Shown one piece after another: positions 32,752-46,630 of a stretch of DNA of 64,000 bases. The position numbers were made by a program, and so were the translations under genes. Numbering within the stretch: position 1 is the first letter of the stretch; every line of letters starts with the position of its first letter. The stretch spans positions 193,378,001 through 193,442,000 of the forward strand of contig OZ024740.1 in assembly GCA_964016885.1 (NCBI GenBank), read 5' to 3'. Source of the DNA: Eledone cirrhosa. Its lineage: Eukaryota. The notes under the pieces are model-generated. The model was not told the DNA's origin. It made no database searches and worked only from the letters and a program-made list of their open reading frames with translations.

Positions 32752-34569
32752 TAGCAACTTAACAGAGTATGATAACAACAATGACATCATGGTGCATTCG
32801 GATAAAACTGGGAACCTATACTTTGTCAACCCCGACAGATACCACACACTGAACTGGAGCAGCCTAAACTACACCTATAAAAAGGCTAACCACTCATGCA
32901 TCGAGGACATAAATCGAGATGGACAACAAATTACCTCCAGCCTCGGGGTCGCCGACCGCACCGAACCCCTAGACCCACGGACACCCTACTTCACACTGAA
33001 GGACCACAAATCCGATTTCGAACGTAAACCATCTATCAGGCTTATAAACCCAACGAAGTCCGACATAGGGAGAATCAGCAAAAAAATGCTAGACCGCGTG
33101 ATACCAAAAGTCAAGCAACACGCCCGACTTAGCCTATGGATCAACACCCAGGAAGTTATCTCATGGTTCAGCAATATGGAGGATAAACGAGACACTAAAT
33201 TTATCCAGTTCGACATAAAGAGCTACTATGCTTCTATTACCTTACCGCTACTTACTGTCGCCTTAGACTTCGCCGAAGCACTCGTGCCCATCACCGACCA
33301 GGAAAGAAAAATCATCCTCCACGCCAGGAAGACAGTCTTACTCTTTGACAACTCCAAATGGATAAAAAGAGCTCCCGACTCACCCTTCGACGTCAGCATG
33401 GGCGCTACGGATTCGTCGGAGGTCTCGGAACTTATAGGATTATTCCTTATAGCCAAACTCACCGATATGTTTCCTGCTTTCGGTGGTGGATTGTACCGTG
33501 ATGATGGGCTCCTTACCCTTAAAGGGTACAACTCCAGTAGTACAGATCGGGTCCGTAAACAATTAATCAGCTTCTTCCGCGACTGGGGATTCAAAATAAC
33601 CCTACAAACGTCCCCGACCCGAGTTAATTTCCTGGACGTTACACTTGATCTCAATAATGACCTGTACTACCCATACAGGAAACCCAATGACAACCTGCAC
33701 TACATCCACCGCCGATCTAACCATCCTAGGAACATCACCAACAACCTGGTCAAAAACATCTCCCTACGCATATCCCGTTTGTCAGCCAATGAGAAGATAT
33801 TCGATGAACATGCGCCTTACTACAACCAGGCCCTCAAGCGGAGTGGCTTCCGGGAGGAAATATCGGAACCAGCAGGCGACACCGCCGCTCACGCAATGTA
33901 ACATTGTTCAATCCTCCCCACAACGCCGGGGTGACAACTCCCATCGGGAAAATTTTCTTTAGGCTCATTGAAAAACACTTCCCACCACAACACCGCTACC
34001 GCAACATAATTAACAAAAATACCATCAGACTCTCTTACAGCACTACACCTAACTTCGCACAAAACATCGTCTCCTCCAACAACAAAAAACTCAACCCCGA
34101 TGGAAGAAACAACCTAAATAGCAGTGGAGAGCCGACCAGGAGGTGCAACTGTCCTGATAGATCCAGTTGCCCCCTCGACAACAGATGCAGAGACCGTAAT
34201 GTGATCTACCAGTGCAACGTGAGCACGGACACCTCCAACAAAGCTTATATAGGATTAACCGCATGTGACTTCAAGACCCGGCTATACCAACACAGACATA
34301 CCTTCCGAAACCCGGCCCGGCGTCACGCCACTACACTTTCGGGCCACATATGGGACCTCAAGGACAACAACATCAACTATGATCTCACTTGGAAATTACT
34401 GTTCAGAGCCAACTCTTACACGGGAGGACGCCGTCCGTGCAATTTATGCTCGGAGGAATCTTTACAAATGCTGTTTTCGACGGACCAACTCCTAAACAAG
34501 AAAGATGAACTGGTTACTGCCCTCGCCCTCAAACCCCATAATGACCCGCGGGGTAGACTAGGGCTATAA
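32751..34569 (+). pseudogene. 5'-truncated Naiad-like PLE, RT + GIY-YIG (one frameshift ~33865)
   Basis: TLKDHK, RLINPTKSDIGRISK, FIQFDIKSYY, FDVSMGA, GGLYRDDGL, NFLDVTLDL, SNHP, FNPP, CNC..CPLDNRC..VIY..YIGLT..CNLC..E..LLNKKDEL. Confidence 0.9.
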
Positions 34570-36360
34570 CACCCCACTTGCCTATTTTGTAAGGGGTAAC
34601 CCCTGCTTGCCAATGGAGACGTAAGATCTTCTTTTACATTTTTTATCGCTTCCTCTATATGTCCTCCTTCCCCCCATCCCTCCCTAGTCCTTCTACCCCA
34701 GTTCCCTTTCTTTGTCGTCGTCTTTTTCTCGCCCACCCGAGGTAGCCCCTCGGTCCCTTGTAGCTTCAGCACCCCCCACTCCCCTATTCTACTATAGATT
34801 TGGTTGACTCCGCTTTTTATAGCAGAGGTGTTAGACTTCGGATACTTGCCCCCTTCTCCGACCGCTGTCCCTTTATTCCGTGCCTTCTTATTTCTTAGAG
34901 GCATCTTTGCTTTAATTTTTCTTTTATCCAGTATTTCTTTCCTCTTTTTCCCTTTTTTTTTTGAGAGGGGGGGGGGTGTTTCTGTATTAATTCTCCGCTC
35001 TTTACTTTTACTTCGTACGATCTTTCATGTAGCATGTATAAGACTTTCTGTTTCGTGGCGGTACCCTTAGAGTTAGCACGAGTATTTTTTTTTTTTTTTT
35101 ACGGGACCCTGAATTATATTCTCGTACTAGTTTACTTTCTTGCTCTGGGTGGTTGCTGGCCCTGCGATTGGGGTAGAAACCATTATTATTTCGTGGTAGT
35201 CTCTTTAGTATTTTGGCCCCCCTTTGTTGACCCGTCACCGTACGATACACCGTACGATACACGCACTTATACCTCGTATAAGGGTCCCTTTATTTCCGTC
35301 CCACCTGTGTCTAATTCTAATGTCACGTCTAAGAAAGTCACTGTCCTATTGGGCCGCGGGTCTTAAAGATGTATCTAAGTCGTTTATGTAGTCTTTCTAT
35401 TTGGATATTAGTCCGCGAGCCAAGGGCGCAGGGTCGTCTCTGTACAAGCCTATGCAGGGATCTCCTCCGTTAGTTTACTTAGGAGGTAAAAGCCGACAAC
35501 GTCCGTAACTTGAGCGGAGTCACTCGACACCATTGTAATATCATAGCTGTCTGGTCTATTTTGTCCCTCCCATAATTTACTGTCGAATGTTAGTAATATT
35601 TTCCTAGCAACTAGGATGATGTCAACTTCCATTCTAGTGAGGCTTGACCTGTTCATATCTGAGATCAATGCTTTGTTTAAGATGACTGGGGATATTAAAG
35701 CATAGCATTTCGCAATGTCCAGTTGGACGAATTGAACATCTGAATTGGTTTCAATGCTAGAGAACCAGTCAATAACCTCTCTAGTGCAGGACCACAGCTT
35801 GACTTTTGTCCTATTCCTTAGTTCTGGTATTATCCGGTCAATGATAGATTTACTAAGTCTACCTAAGTCTGATTTGGAGGATGCTATAATCCTAACCGGT
35901 AATTGACACTGAAAGTCCAGTTTGTAGGCCTTAAATGAGATCATTGGTGTCCCAAGGCTGTAGGGTTCTGTCATATTATCGTGCATATTCTGTCTGTCAT
36001 TATTGTCTTGCCTGGTTGTTTATTCACGAGCAGATGCATATAGCAAGGCCCGCCCATCTGGTTCCATGCACCTCCTACGTGTGCCTATATGTGGTGATAT
36101 ACATAGACACACTTCTTTTCGGCGAAAGAACGGCGAGAAGCTAACGGTGTGTTCCACGCTGTTTGTCGATCATCAGAGGCACGCTCTCCCTGCTTCCGCC
36201 GAAAATTATAGAAGCTGGATTCCTATAGAATTCCAAAAATAATGAGTCGCTGATTATACAGTGAGATTGCCGGCCCGCAAAAATTAGGTATTAGGATTGG
36301 TGCTCTGAAATAGCGCTGTATACATGAATGTATGTATAGTATATTTGCCAATAAACCGTA
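34570..36360 (-). pseudogene. Second, heavily decayed Naiad-like PLE converging on the first
   Basis: ORF 35450-35986 (SKSDLGRLSK, FVQLDIAKCY, YDITM) continues through GLYRDD and TFLDVTLELD with lesions; 36210-36350 is homologous to the 39230-39780 terminus. Confidence 0.8.
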
Positions 36361-36412
<52 letters not shown>

Positions 36413-36579
36413 TTCGCGCTTTTTTGGCTCTGCAAGCATGGAGTTATGCCTCTGGGTGAGTGTGAACACAGGTTTATTTATTTATTATCCTTTTTATACT
36501 CTCCCACACAATATGTTTTCTATAAATACCCTTTTCTATAGTCTTTACAAACACTAGCCTCATATCATATTTCTTCATT

Positions 36580-36632
<53 letters not shown>

Positions 36633-36644
36633 TTTTTTTTATGT

Positions 36645-36990
36645 ACACCACGCCGACATATCTAGGGCAAGCTAAAACAACACACACCGCAAAAAACGTC
36701 AACATTTGCTCCCCACCACTTCCTCCTCACTACGATCACACCCACATATCATAAAAGCCAAAACGTCCCCATAATTGACCCACCAATCAAAAGAACATAA
36801 ACTAACCAACATGTGAACGTTAGACTCTTTATATGCCATGTATTCATTGTCATTACTACAACAATGGTGGGACGAGCTTTTTATTCCTGCGTCGGAGCAG
36901 ATCGAACCTTGAGCTGAACAATAGCAAAACGCGAGTCACCAATCAATAAACGTAATAATGGTTTAACCAATCCTCCTTGTATTATTATAT
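36645..36990. repeat. Dispersed repeat, inverted homologue of ~25195-25480
   Basis: Shared ccgacat.tctagggcaagc, gaacgttagact.tttatatgccatgta, ccaatca.taaacgtaat. Confidence 0.7.
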
Positions 36991-36998
36991 TTATGTAT

Positions 36999-37192
36999 GG
37001 GAGGGGAATTGGCAGTATCGGTAGAGGGTCGGACGCCATGCTTTGACGCATAGAGTTACGGCCCTTGCCATTCTGAGTTCAAATCCCGCCGAGGTTAACT
37101 TTGCCTTTCATCCTTACGGGGTCGATAAAATAAAGTACCAGTAATGTACTGGGTAATTTGCTGGCCTTGTGCCAATAGTAGAAACAATTATT
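36999..37192 (+). mobile_element. tRNA-derived SINE
   Basis: A box TGGCAGTATCGG, B box GAGTTCAAATCC, central gcctttcatccttacggggtcgataaaataaagtacc (MetaSINE-like core), (ATT)n tail. Confidence 0.88.
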
Positions 37193-37218
37193 ATATTTAT
37201 GTATATATATATATATAA

Positions 37219-37267
<49 letters not shown>

Positions 37268-37839
37268 CGTATGTATGTGTGTGTATGTATGTATGTTTTT
37301 ATATTTATATGAATCCTATATATATTTTTCATATTTATCTTCATCTTTTAAACTCTGTGTGCCAAAATAATTTGTCCATGGGGAAAATATTCGATGTATT
37401 TGTTGCCTGTGATACCCTTGTCTTTCAGCACCAGGTCATATTCCTTATTCCTCAAACCCATGATAAAACGCATTCAAGTCGTGCCCATGTCATACGATGT
37501 TTGAAAGGTTCACTTTAGACAGCAAACCGTATTGTTTTTTCCTCTTTTATAATGTAGTTTACGTTTTGCTGCTTCTGATGCTACCCTTTATAGTATGTTA
37601 TATGTATATTTGGATGGTGTGTCGAGGACACGTTTTGTACTGTTGTAAGTTTACAGACCATATATTCTGGAAGAAAAATGAAACTAATAGAAGTAGAAGC
37701 AATATGACAGGATTTCTAATGATAACATCTTTCTTCAATTATTTCAGCCATTGTGTAAATATAAGAATGATGAATGTGTGCATATATATCAAAGATAAAT
37801 GATTAATAACCTCAAGAAAGTTATATCACGACTGGCTAA

Positions 37840-37893
<54 letters not shown>

Positions 37894-37916
37894 TTATCTA
37901 TTTATCTACACACACT

Positions 37917-38084
<168 letters not shown>

Positions 38085-38093
38085 GACAGAGAA

Positions 38094-38130
<37 letters not shown>

Positions 38131-38767
38131 GATACATATGTGCGTGTGCATGTTAGTATATGTAAACATATGCCTTCTTCTTCTTCTTCTTCTTCTTCTT
38201 CTTCTTCTTCTTCTTCTTCTTCTTCTCCTCCTCCTTCTCCTTCCTCCTCTCCACTTCCTCGTCTCTGTCTCTTTCCCTATCTGCCAGTCTGCTTTATACC
38301 CCTAATCCAGTGTGTTGCCTTCATAATTAAGTTATACATCCATGGATTATTCCAACACTTGCGAGTTCATTTCATAAGCACGAAATCAGTTCTTCGATTA
38401 AATGAATGCTCATTGTGGAAAATGTATCACTCTTCCTCTCTCCTACTCTCCCTACGCACACCAGTGAAGTTGCACTTCAGTTTACTATTAGCTGAGTAAG
38501 TAATACATTCAGCAATATATCTGATAACTGGTAGTTTGATGAATTGTTAATTTTTAATACTCTTTCGTCACATATCCTGCCACATTTTCAATGGGTATAC
38601 TTACACGTCATTTTTTTCTGTGTGTTCTGACTATCTTCTTTGTATTACATCATGTTGCTTCTTAATGTTTGTTTTACCCTGTGATTTCATCAAATTTCTT
38701 CCTTAAAGTAACTTTTGAGAAATCACAAGCTGAAACGACATACCTGACTTTACCTTTTATATATATG

Positions 38768-38820
<53 letters not shown>

Positions 38821-38846
38821 ATATATATATATATATATATGTTATG

Positions 38847-38906
<60 letters not shown>

Positions 38907-38912
<6 letters not shown>

Positions 38913-39166
38913 AGACATAAGATAATCAGTTTTGCGACGAATGGAATTTATTGGACATATTAGAATCGTTTCTCTGGCGAGCAGCTCGATCATTACATCG
39001 ATCGTGCCTCGAGCTGGTCGCCAGAGAAATGATTGTAATATGTCCAATAAATTACATTCGTCGCAACACTGATTCTCTTTTTTTCTGTGATATCATACTC
39101 TGCTCTATGAGAGCATCGAGTGCTCATACGGCCAATCGCATACGGAGGCTTTAAGCATCCACCACC

Positions 39167-39170
<4 letters not shown>
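38907..39170. mobile_element. Fold-back element (~85-bp arms 38907-39091, plus tail) in (TA)n
   Basis: Imperfect inverted arms around ~38998; same geometry as the other PLE termini. Confidence 0.65.
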
Positions 39171-39898
<728 letters not shown>

Positions 39899-40035
39899 CA
39901 TATATATATACATATACATACATATGTATACATACATATATATATACATATACATACATATGTATACATACATATATATACATATACATATATATATATA
40001 TATACATACATATATAAACATATATATATATATAC

Positions 40036-40362
40036 ATGAAATCATAATCCTTTGTTCACTGCTATGAAATCATAATCCTTTATTCACTGCATGAAATCAT
40101 AATCCTTTATTCACTGCTATATATATTTCGATGATAGCCATTGAATGGCTATGACCACGTCAGGCAGTTAGTCAGTTCTTAGATATGCCAGCTCTGTGTT
40201 TATAGTGTTGATGGTATGAGAGCCTTGGGACATATGAGCTTGTTAGGAATAATTTAATGTTGTCAGCAGGAATAGTCTTGATTCTCATTGGTCCGTTTGT
40301 AGATGGTAGTAGGGTTGGTATTTGACCTCAAAGAGGCAGGTGGTTTTGTAAAGTTCAAACCG
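40036..40362 (-). mobile_element. PLE pLTR fragment with HHR (40113-40168) and triplicated 27-28 bp tail
   Basis: Minus ACTGC-CTGACGT-..ATAGCCAT..ATGGCTAT..-GAAA-TATATA-TA-GCAGT; related to the 20970 HHR. Confidence 0.7.
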
Positions 40363-40377
40363 TATATATATATATAT

Positions 40378-42172
40378 CCTCCACACTGTTCACCATCTTG
40401 AGGTGCGAAGTCTTGCGTATTTCGATGAGGTTGCGAGCCACGCTATAGATCCAACGATGTCCGATGCGTCAAAGTGTAGACGCCAGACAAAGATGAACCC
40501 TGATTCGCCAGGCTGGGTGTTGGGCATAGGACTAAAAACTGTCTCCCATCAAAAAAAAATTTGTTTCGGAAACAACAACAGAAGACTCAACCGACACACC
40601 TGGATTTAAGGGCTTTTGGATACATGAAAAAATACTCCTATGAATGATAGTGGTAAAAGTCCTGAGTTCTGAATATCAAAACGGAGAACAAATTAGGTTT
40701 CTCAAATGTAGGTACAATGTATGACTAAGGGAAACTAGCACATGTAACACCAGTGAAGAGGCGCTATGACTTAGATATTCTTGGAACAAAAGAAAGCAGA
40801 TGGACAACACCAGGAAGGATAAGATCTCCTCATGGGAAAGAGTGTTTTACTCTTGAAGAGATGATAACCATAATTTTGAATGGGTAGCCATCATCCTGAA
40901 GAAAGTAGAAAGTCTTATTGGATGGAATCCTGAGCACAGCAGCCTCATGGAGATCAGAAAAGGGAGACAAATCAACACCACTATTACAATGTTTTACATC
41001 CCATCAAATGACGGTATTGATGATGCCTTAGATGAATTTTATGAGCAGTTGCAGGCTGAGCTGGAAAACATACCAATACATAAAATGAAGATTTTGATGG
41101 GCGATTTAAATTCAAAAGTTGGAACGACAACTCTACATTTGAAATATCCTGGCGAAAACAAGTATGTGATACAATGAATGAGAATGGAGAAAGACTCTTA
41201 GAACAATGTACTGTCTCTGATCTGGTTGTAGGAGTGTCAATTTTCACCCACAAAGACATCCATAAGCTGACATGATATTCTCAAAATGTACGAGACAGCA
41301 ACTATATTGACAACCTGGTGTTAAAATGTTACCAGTAGATAATTATTTGATGCCAAATTCAAATGAGGAGCTAGTGTAGGTAGTAATCTCCAACTTATGT
41401 CACAGTGTTGAGAGTAAACTACTGGAGTATAAGAGCAAAGAAAGCTACAATGTAAATGAGTGAATTTTGCTGAAGCTGAAGAATTTATTTCAAGTATTGT
41501 CAGACATGAAAGATCACACTCAACCTGATAATGATGAAGTTAATACCAAATGGGAGCAGCACGTAAATACCACATATCCGGAGGCAGTTGAAAGATACCC
41601 GAAAATTCAAACCAAGAATGGATAACGGTGGCCAGAGTTAGAAGAGAAACAAAGAAACAGATGATGGTCGGAAAATCAGAAAAACTGAAGGAAAATTATA
41701 AGCTGTAATATCAGGACCACAAGAGAGCACACAAGGTCAGGCTTGCAGAGCAGGTGGAAAATACAGCACAATTAGGACAATAAAGCATCGTGTACAAAAT
41801 CATAACAATAATCTGTTGGAAAATCAAATAAAATACTGATTCACCTATTGCAGAAATGCAAAGACGACTTCTCACGACAGAAGCAAAGTAGGCAGCTGGG
41901 CGGGCAGTGTATGGTAAGGAAGTAATAAATAGTCCGCTAGCAGCAACAGAGGTAGATATAAAACTTTGAAGAACAACAAAGCCTCTGGCCAAGACAAACC
42001 TCATTCTTGAAGCCAGAACTTTGCAGCTACTCTTTCCCATTACCTGGGAAGGAAATAATATACTTGATAACTGGACAGAGGGAAAAATAAGTAAGTTTCC
42101 AAAGAAGGGCAACTTCAGAGACTGCAGTAATTCGCCTGGAAGTACACTCCTGTCAATACGAAAGAAAATCAT
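40378..42172 (+). mobile_element. Decayed RTE-clade LINE, 5' half (APE endonuclease to start of RT)
   Basis: NVGTMY, DILG..ESRW, EFYEQLQ..ILMGDLNSKVG, NENGERL, FTHKDIHKLT, PKKGN.RDCSN; many stops. Confidence 0.8.
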
Positions 42173-44254
42173 ATATATAAGATTTTGCTTCGTATAAAAT
42201 TAGTTTTCCTGTAGTTTTTTTTATATAGCAGATGTCCACAATTATATTGAAAGACGAAAATGAAAGTTTTATCATTATAATCCGCTTTTTGCCATTTTCA
42301 TTTTCTATTTGTTTTATCGCCATGATATATTACTATATTTTTGTAATTTATTTTCTCCTGGACATTTTACTTTTTGTTTAAAATTTCTGTTATTCGTCTT
42401 CCTTCGTTGTGAGATATATTTGTGTTTATAAGTTTACTGAATTTTGATTTTTATAACATGTTAATTTTCCTATTTCCAAAAGTCACTTAATTCTCAAATT
42501 GAAACTATGTCTGCCAAATGAATTTACATGTATGTAATCGTAATGCTTCGATACTGTAGTCTGCTGTTATGGCTGACGCATGCACTATTTTCAAATATCA
42601 AACCATTACTTCTGTTATTCTATCTCTATGTAACAGTTATTCTCCTCATTCTATAGTTTTTGCCTTTCATATTCCGAATAGTTTTGTCGGTTATTCAGAA
42701 ATAAGAATGACGATGTTCCTGTAGTTATAATATCTTAATTTGAAAGATATATGATCTTTCATTATGTAAGACACTATTTTGCAAATTTAAGGGATTTTAG
42801 TGATGCAAACAACACTCTATATTATCCTTTGTTAATTTCGATCCAAGTGATGAATACTTGTGCTTAACGAGTAAGGTGAACAAATATTTCCTATGCTCGG
42901 TCTTTCTCAACGACAATAATCAGAACTACAAGCTATTGTCAAATATAGTATAACAAAATGAAATGTGAAACATTTCTGACAATGACGAGTGCAATGGCTT
43001 GCTCCAACATTCTCCAGCTATACAAAACTGTATCAATTGTATCTCACCATAAGATTTATTTACATTTACAAGGAGTATTCTTGTTGGTGGTAGTGACATT
43101 GCTAATGTGCGGGACATTTTCTGTTTTGTTTAGTTGTAAACAATACGATTGACATAACAGTGACTCACACAACATTACTGAAATAATAACGAACATCATA
43201 CGTTTATGGATATACAGTTTGAACATGGAATCCAAATATTCTTGTTAAACATTACATTCTAATTATCACTTGTTAATTTATGTTAAATTATTTGCAGATG
43301 AATATATTGAAGTATAACACCAAGAAGAATCGAATGACCGACCTTGCTCCAAGAAAAGAAGATACGTTTTTTTCAAATTCTAACATTGTTCAATCAAGTT
43401 TAGAAATTTAAATGACTTCATTGAAGACAATTATGTGTAGAATCTACTTAGGATACTATCCGTCTCTTGCTACAATTAATATCTAAGTTTCTAATAGTAT
43501 AAGAATTAGGTAAACTGCTGAGAGGCGACGCACGTCTCAAGCCTACAGCGATTAATGTAAATATTAATAGGAATAAACTTATACCATCCAAGTGCCACAT
43601 AGCCAGGGGGAACTTGAAAATGAGAAACTGTATAAAAAGCTGTATGCCAGCCAAAGGCAGTTAAATATCTGAATGAATGGTAGATATAGTAAATATATAT
43701 GAGACGTTAGCTGCTAGTTCACCCACAAAACGATGTTCATAAACGTCATTCTCACTTTGTAATTTAACAGTACAACTTACCCTGCTTGGGTCAATTGATT
43801 AGTGATGGTAACAATGGTAACAACTATAGTGAGAATTATGCAGCTAAAGTTAGCTAGAATACATACATTTAGGTAGCTATTATATTCGTTGGCAAAGAAC
43901 GATGCTGTATGTTATATATACGACAAACCTTGCTGCATGTGGTACTTAGAAGAACATTAGCATTGGATATGCAATTATGCCGAGTCTCTGCACAATCTAC
44001 TAAGTGTAATAAGGTAGATGAGTAACGTGTATAAGGACAGAGAACACTAGGAAAACAAAATGTTTGCAACTAGAGACGAGTATATTGGTGTTGCGAATTG
44101 GAAAAAAATAGAAAAGGTTTCGTGTGCCGACAGAGATCTCTGGTAAGTCTCCATTAAATCACAAACGAAAGAGAAATTCTGAGGTGTTGTATAGTAGAAA
44201 TGTTGGCCCACATGCCAGTAAGAGATACCGGGTATTAAAGCAAGAACGACATCG

Positions 44255-44470
44255 ATAATGATAATGATGGCGTTTTTGTTAATGATGGTGATGATGATGA
44301 TGATGATGATTATGACGACGACGAGGATGATGATGATGATGAATATGCTGATAATGATGTTGATGTTGGTGATGATAATCCTGATGATTATAATGAAAAT
44401 GACGATGATGATGATGATGGTGATATTAATGCTGATGAGAATGATGATGATGAGAATTTGTTGATAATGA
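44255..44470. repeat. Imperfect (GAT)n microsatellite
   Basis: Direct reading. Confidence 0.9.
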
Positions 44471-44806
44471 CAATTTTTATAGAAACACCTGTTAGTTGTT
44501 GATTTAATTAATTAAATCACACGCTAATTAAAAATTGGCTATTTCCTGAAGCACCGCTTTTCAGTATCTGTTACGTTCAGTAAAAATATTTTAGCGGTCT
44601 TTCAATGATACAGAGTTGCATCATGGCAGACATGACCAATTAATGACATATATCTAGTTATACTTGCATTTATATTTTTTGTTCTCTAGTAACATAATGC
44701 AAACTATGTACTATGTATATATAGATATTTTACACATATGTAAATATGAATATTTCTATTTATATGCTTTCGTAAATATATACACATACAGAAACACACA
44801 CACACA

Positions 44807-44840
<34 letters not shown>

Positions 44841-44842
<2 letters not shown>

Positions 44843-45591
44843 CCGGGTAAAATTCCCGAGATCCATGGACGAGTTCTCTCCAGCGGGCTCTGTCCCTCAT
44901 TATCGCTGCCATGTCCTGCGTTCCAACAGACCAGGGTCTGTCCTTAGGGCATCAACATACGTTAACCTTCGTCTTCCTCTTCCAGTGTGTCCAAGTAGAG
45001 GCTCCCACATGAGCACTGAGTGCAATGTCAACTCTGGATGTCGGTGAGGATGACCAGCTAACCTCAGTCTCCTCTGTGTCACTTTTGAGCTGACGTTTGG
45101 GAGGCTCCCATACAGCTCTGAGTTGTTCATCCTCAGTGTATACTGATTAATGTACAGAGAACTCCTCAGCATTCTCTTGTAGCACCCATTCACCATCTGA
45201 GTGAGATTCTTGGTGATTTGGATGACAAATACAGTGAAGGAGGCAGAGGATTTGATGCGGGAGGTTGAGAATGTGTCGATGAGTGTGGGGCTGAGAATGA
45301 ATGAGACTAAAACAAAATATCTCGTAGAGAATGTTGAGAAGTCAGAGGGGATCACTAATGTGGGTGGGAAGCTGCTAGAATTGGTTGAGGGCTTCCTGTA
45401 TTTGGGAGCAAAGATTGGGAATACGGAAGATGATGTGGTTGAGAGGAAGAGCAAGGCCTGGGCGGCGTGCCACAGCTTGAGATCGGTGTGGAAGTCGGAC
45501 CTTCGTAAAGACCTGAAAATCCGCCTCTTCATTGCTGTAGTGGAGTTTGTGCTGCTGTACGGGCCTGAGACTTGAACACTGACCAAGAAAA

Positions 45592-45592
<1 letters not shown>
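44841..45592 (-). mobile_element. 5'-truncated, 5'-inverted RTE-like LINE fragment
   Basis: Plus 45215-45590 encodes VGLRMNETKTK..FLYLG..LLYGPET*TLTK; minus 45214-44841 encodes the continuation KNLTQMVNGCYKRMLR..RRLRLAGH..GRGRRRLTY. Confidence 0.85.
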
Positions 45593-45646
<54 letters not shown>

Positions 45647-45710
45647 TATGTATTCTCACCGTATAGGTAAATATTATCAGCCGTACTAAGAGTGAGAAAT
45701 GAAATTTCAT

Positions 45711-45803
<93 letters not shown>

Positions 45804-45821
45804 AGAATTGAATGTATGTAA

Positions 45822-45866
<45 letters not shown>

Positions 45867-46532
45867 AGTGTGTGTGTAAATATATATGTGTGTGTATGTG
45901 TGTGTGTGTAAATATATATATATATATATTACGACGAAACCAGTATTAAATTAGACTATTACTCAACAGAGTACTCGATGTTCGGAATAGTACAGTATGA
46001 CTATATTAGAAAGAATCTGGGCTCGACAGCTGAGCTCTTGCAGTTTGATAGCTACATCCAGACTGTTATCAAACTGACTTACAGTAAACTAGCCATTTCC
46101 TCTAGGTTGTGGCTAGGTTAATTGATGCCTCGGTAAAATAAGGCTTGTTAATAGAAGGGTATTTATCATCTTGATTTATTAGGCTGTGTATATATGTGTA
46201 TGCGTAACGTTAGCCATTTCTGTGGTTCGAGAAAATTTAACTAGTTTAATTGCAGACCTAAAACCAACCTTGCTACCACGAACATTGCTAACCCTCCCGG
46301 ACCAAAGAACTGTACGGTTATGGCATTCAAAATTGTATATGCGTGTCAACAAAAGCACCTACTTTGTAGTTTTCTGAAAAGATCACAGATCAACTGGTCG
46401 GTATTATGATTGCTGGTGTGTGTATGGAGTGTGCCTGTGGTCGATCAGTCAGAAGTGTTCCATATTTTTTGTACGTATCCGCACTTTGAGTACATTCACC
46501 CAGACCTCCATTTTGCCTTTCATTATTTCAAT

Positions 46533-46630
46533 GTTGACTTTGCCTTTCATCCTTACGGGGTCGATTAAATAAAGTACCAGTAATGCACTGGATAATTGCT
46601 GGCCTTGTGCCTAAAGTAGAAACAATTATT
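46533..46630 (+). mobile_element. 5'-truncated SINE with 16-bp TSD
   Basis: Same core and tail as the 36999 SINE; attatttcaatgttga at 46522-46537 and 46625-46640. Confidence 0.85.

Noticed and set aside
33904-34569. Selenoprotein Naiad (in-frame UGA plus SECIS)
   Set aside because: All endonuclease cysteines are TGC/TGT with no in-frame TGA, and the 3' UTR is not identifiable.
40480-40550. HDV-like ribozyme in the RTE 5' UTR
   Set aside because: Could not build the nested double pseudoknot from this decayed copy.
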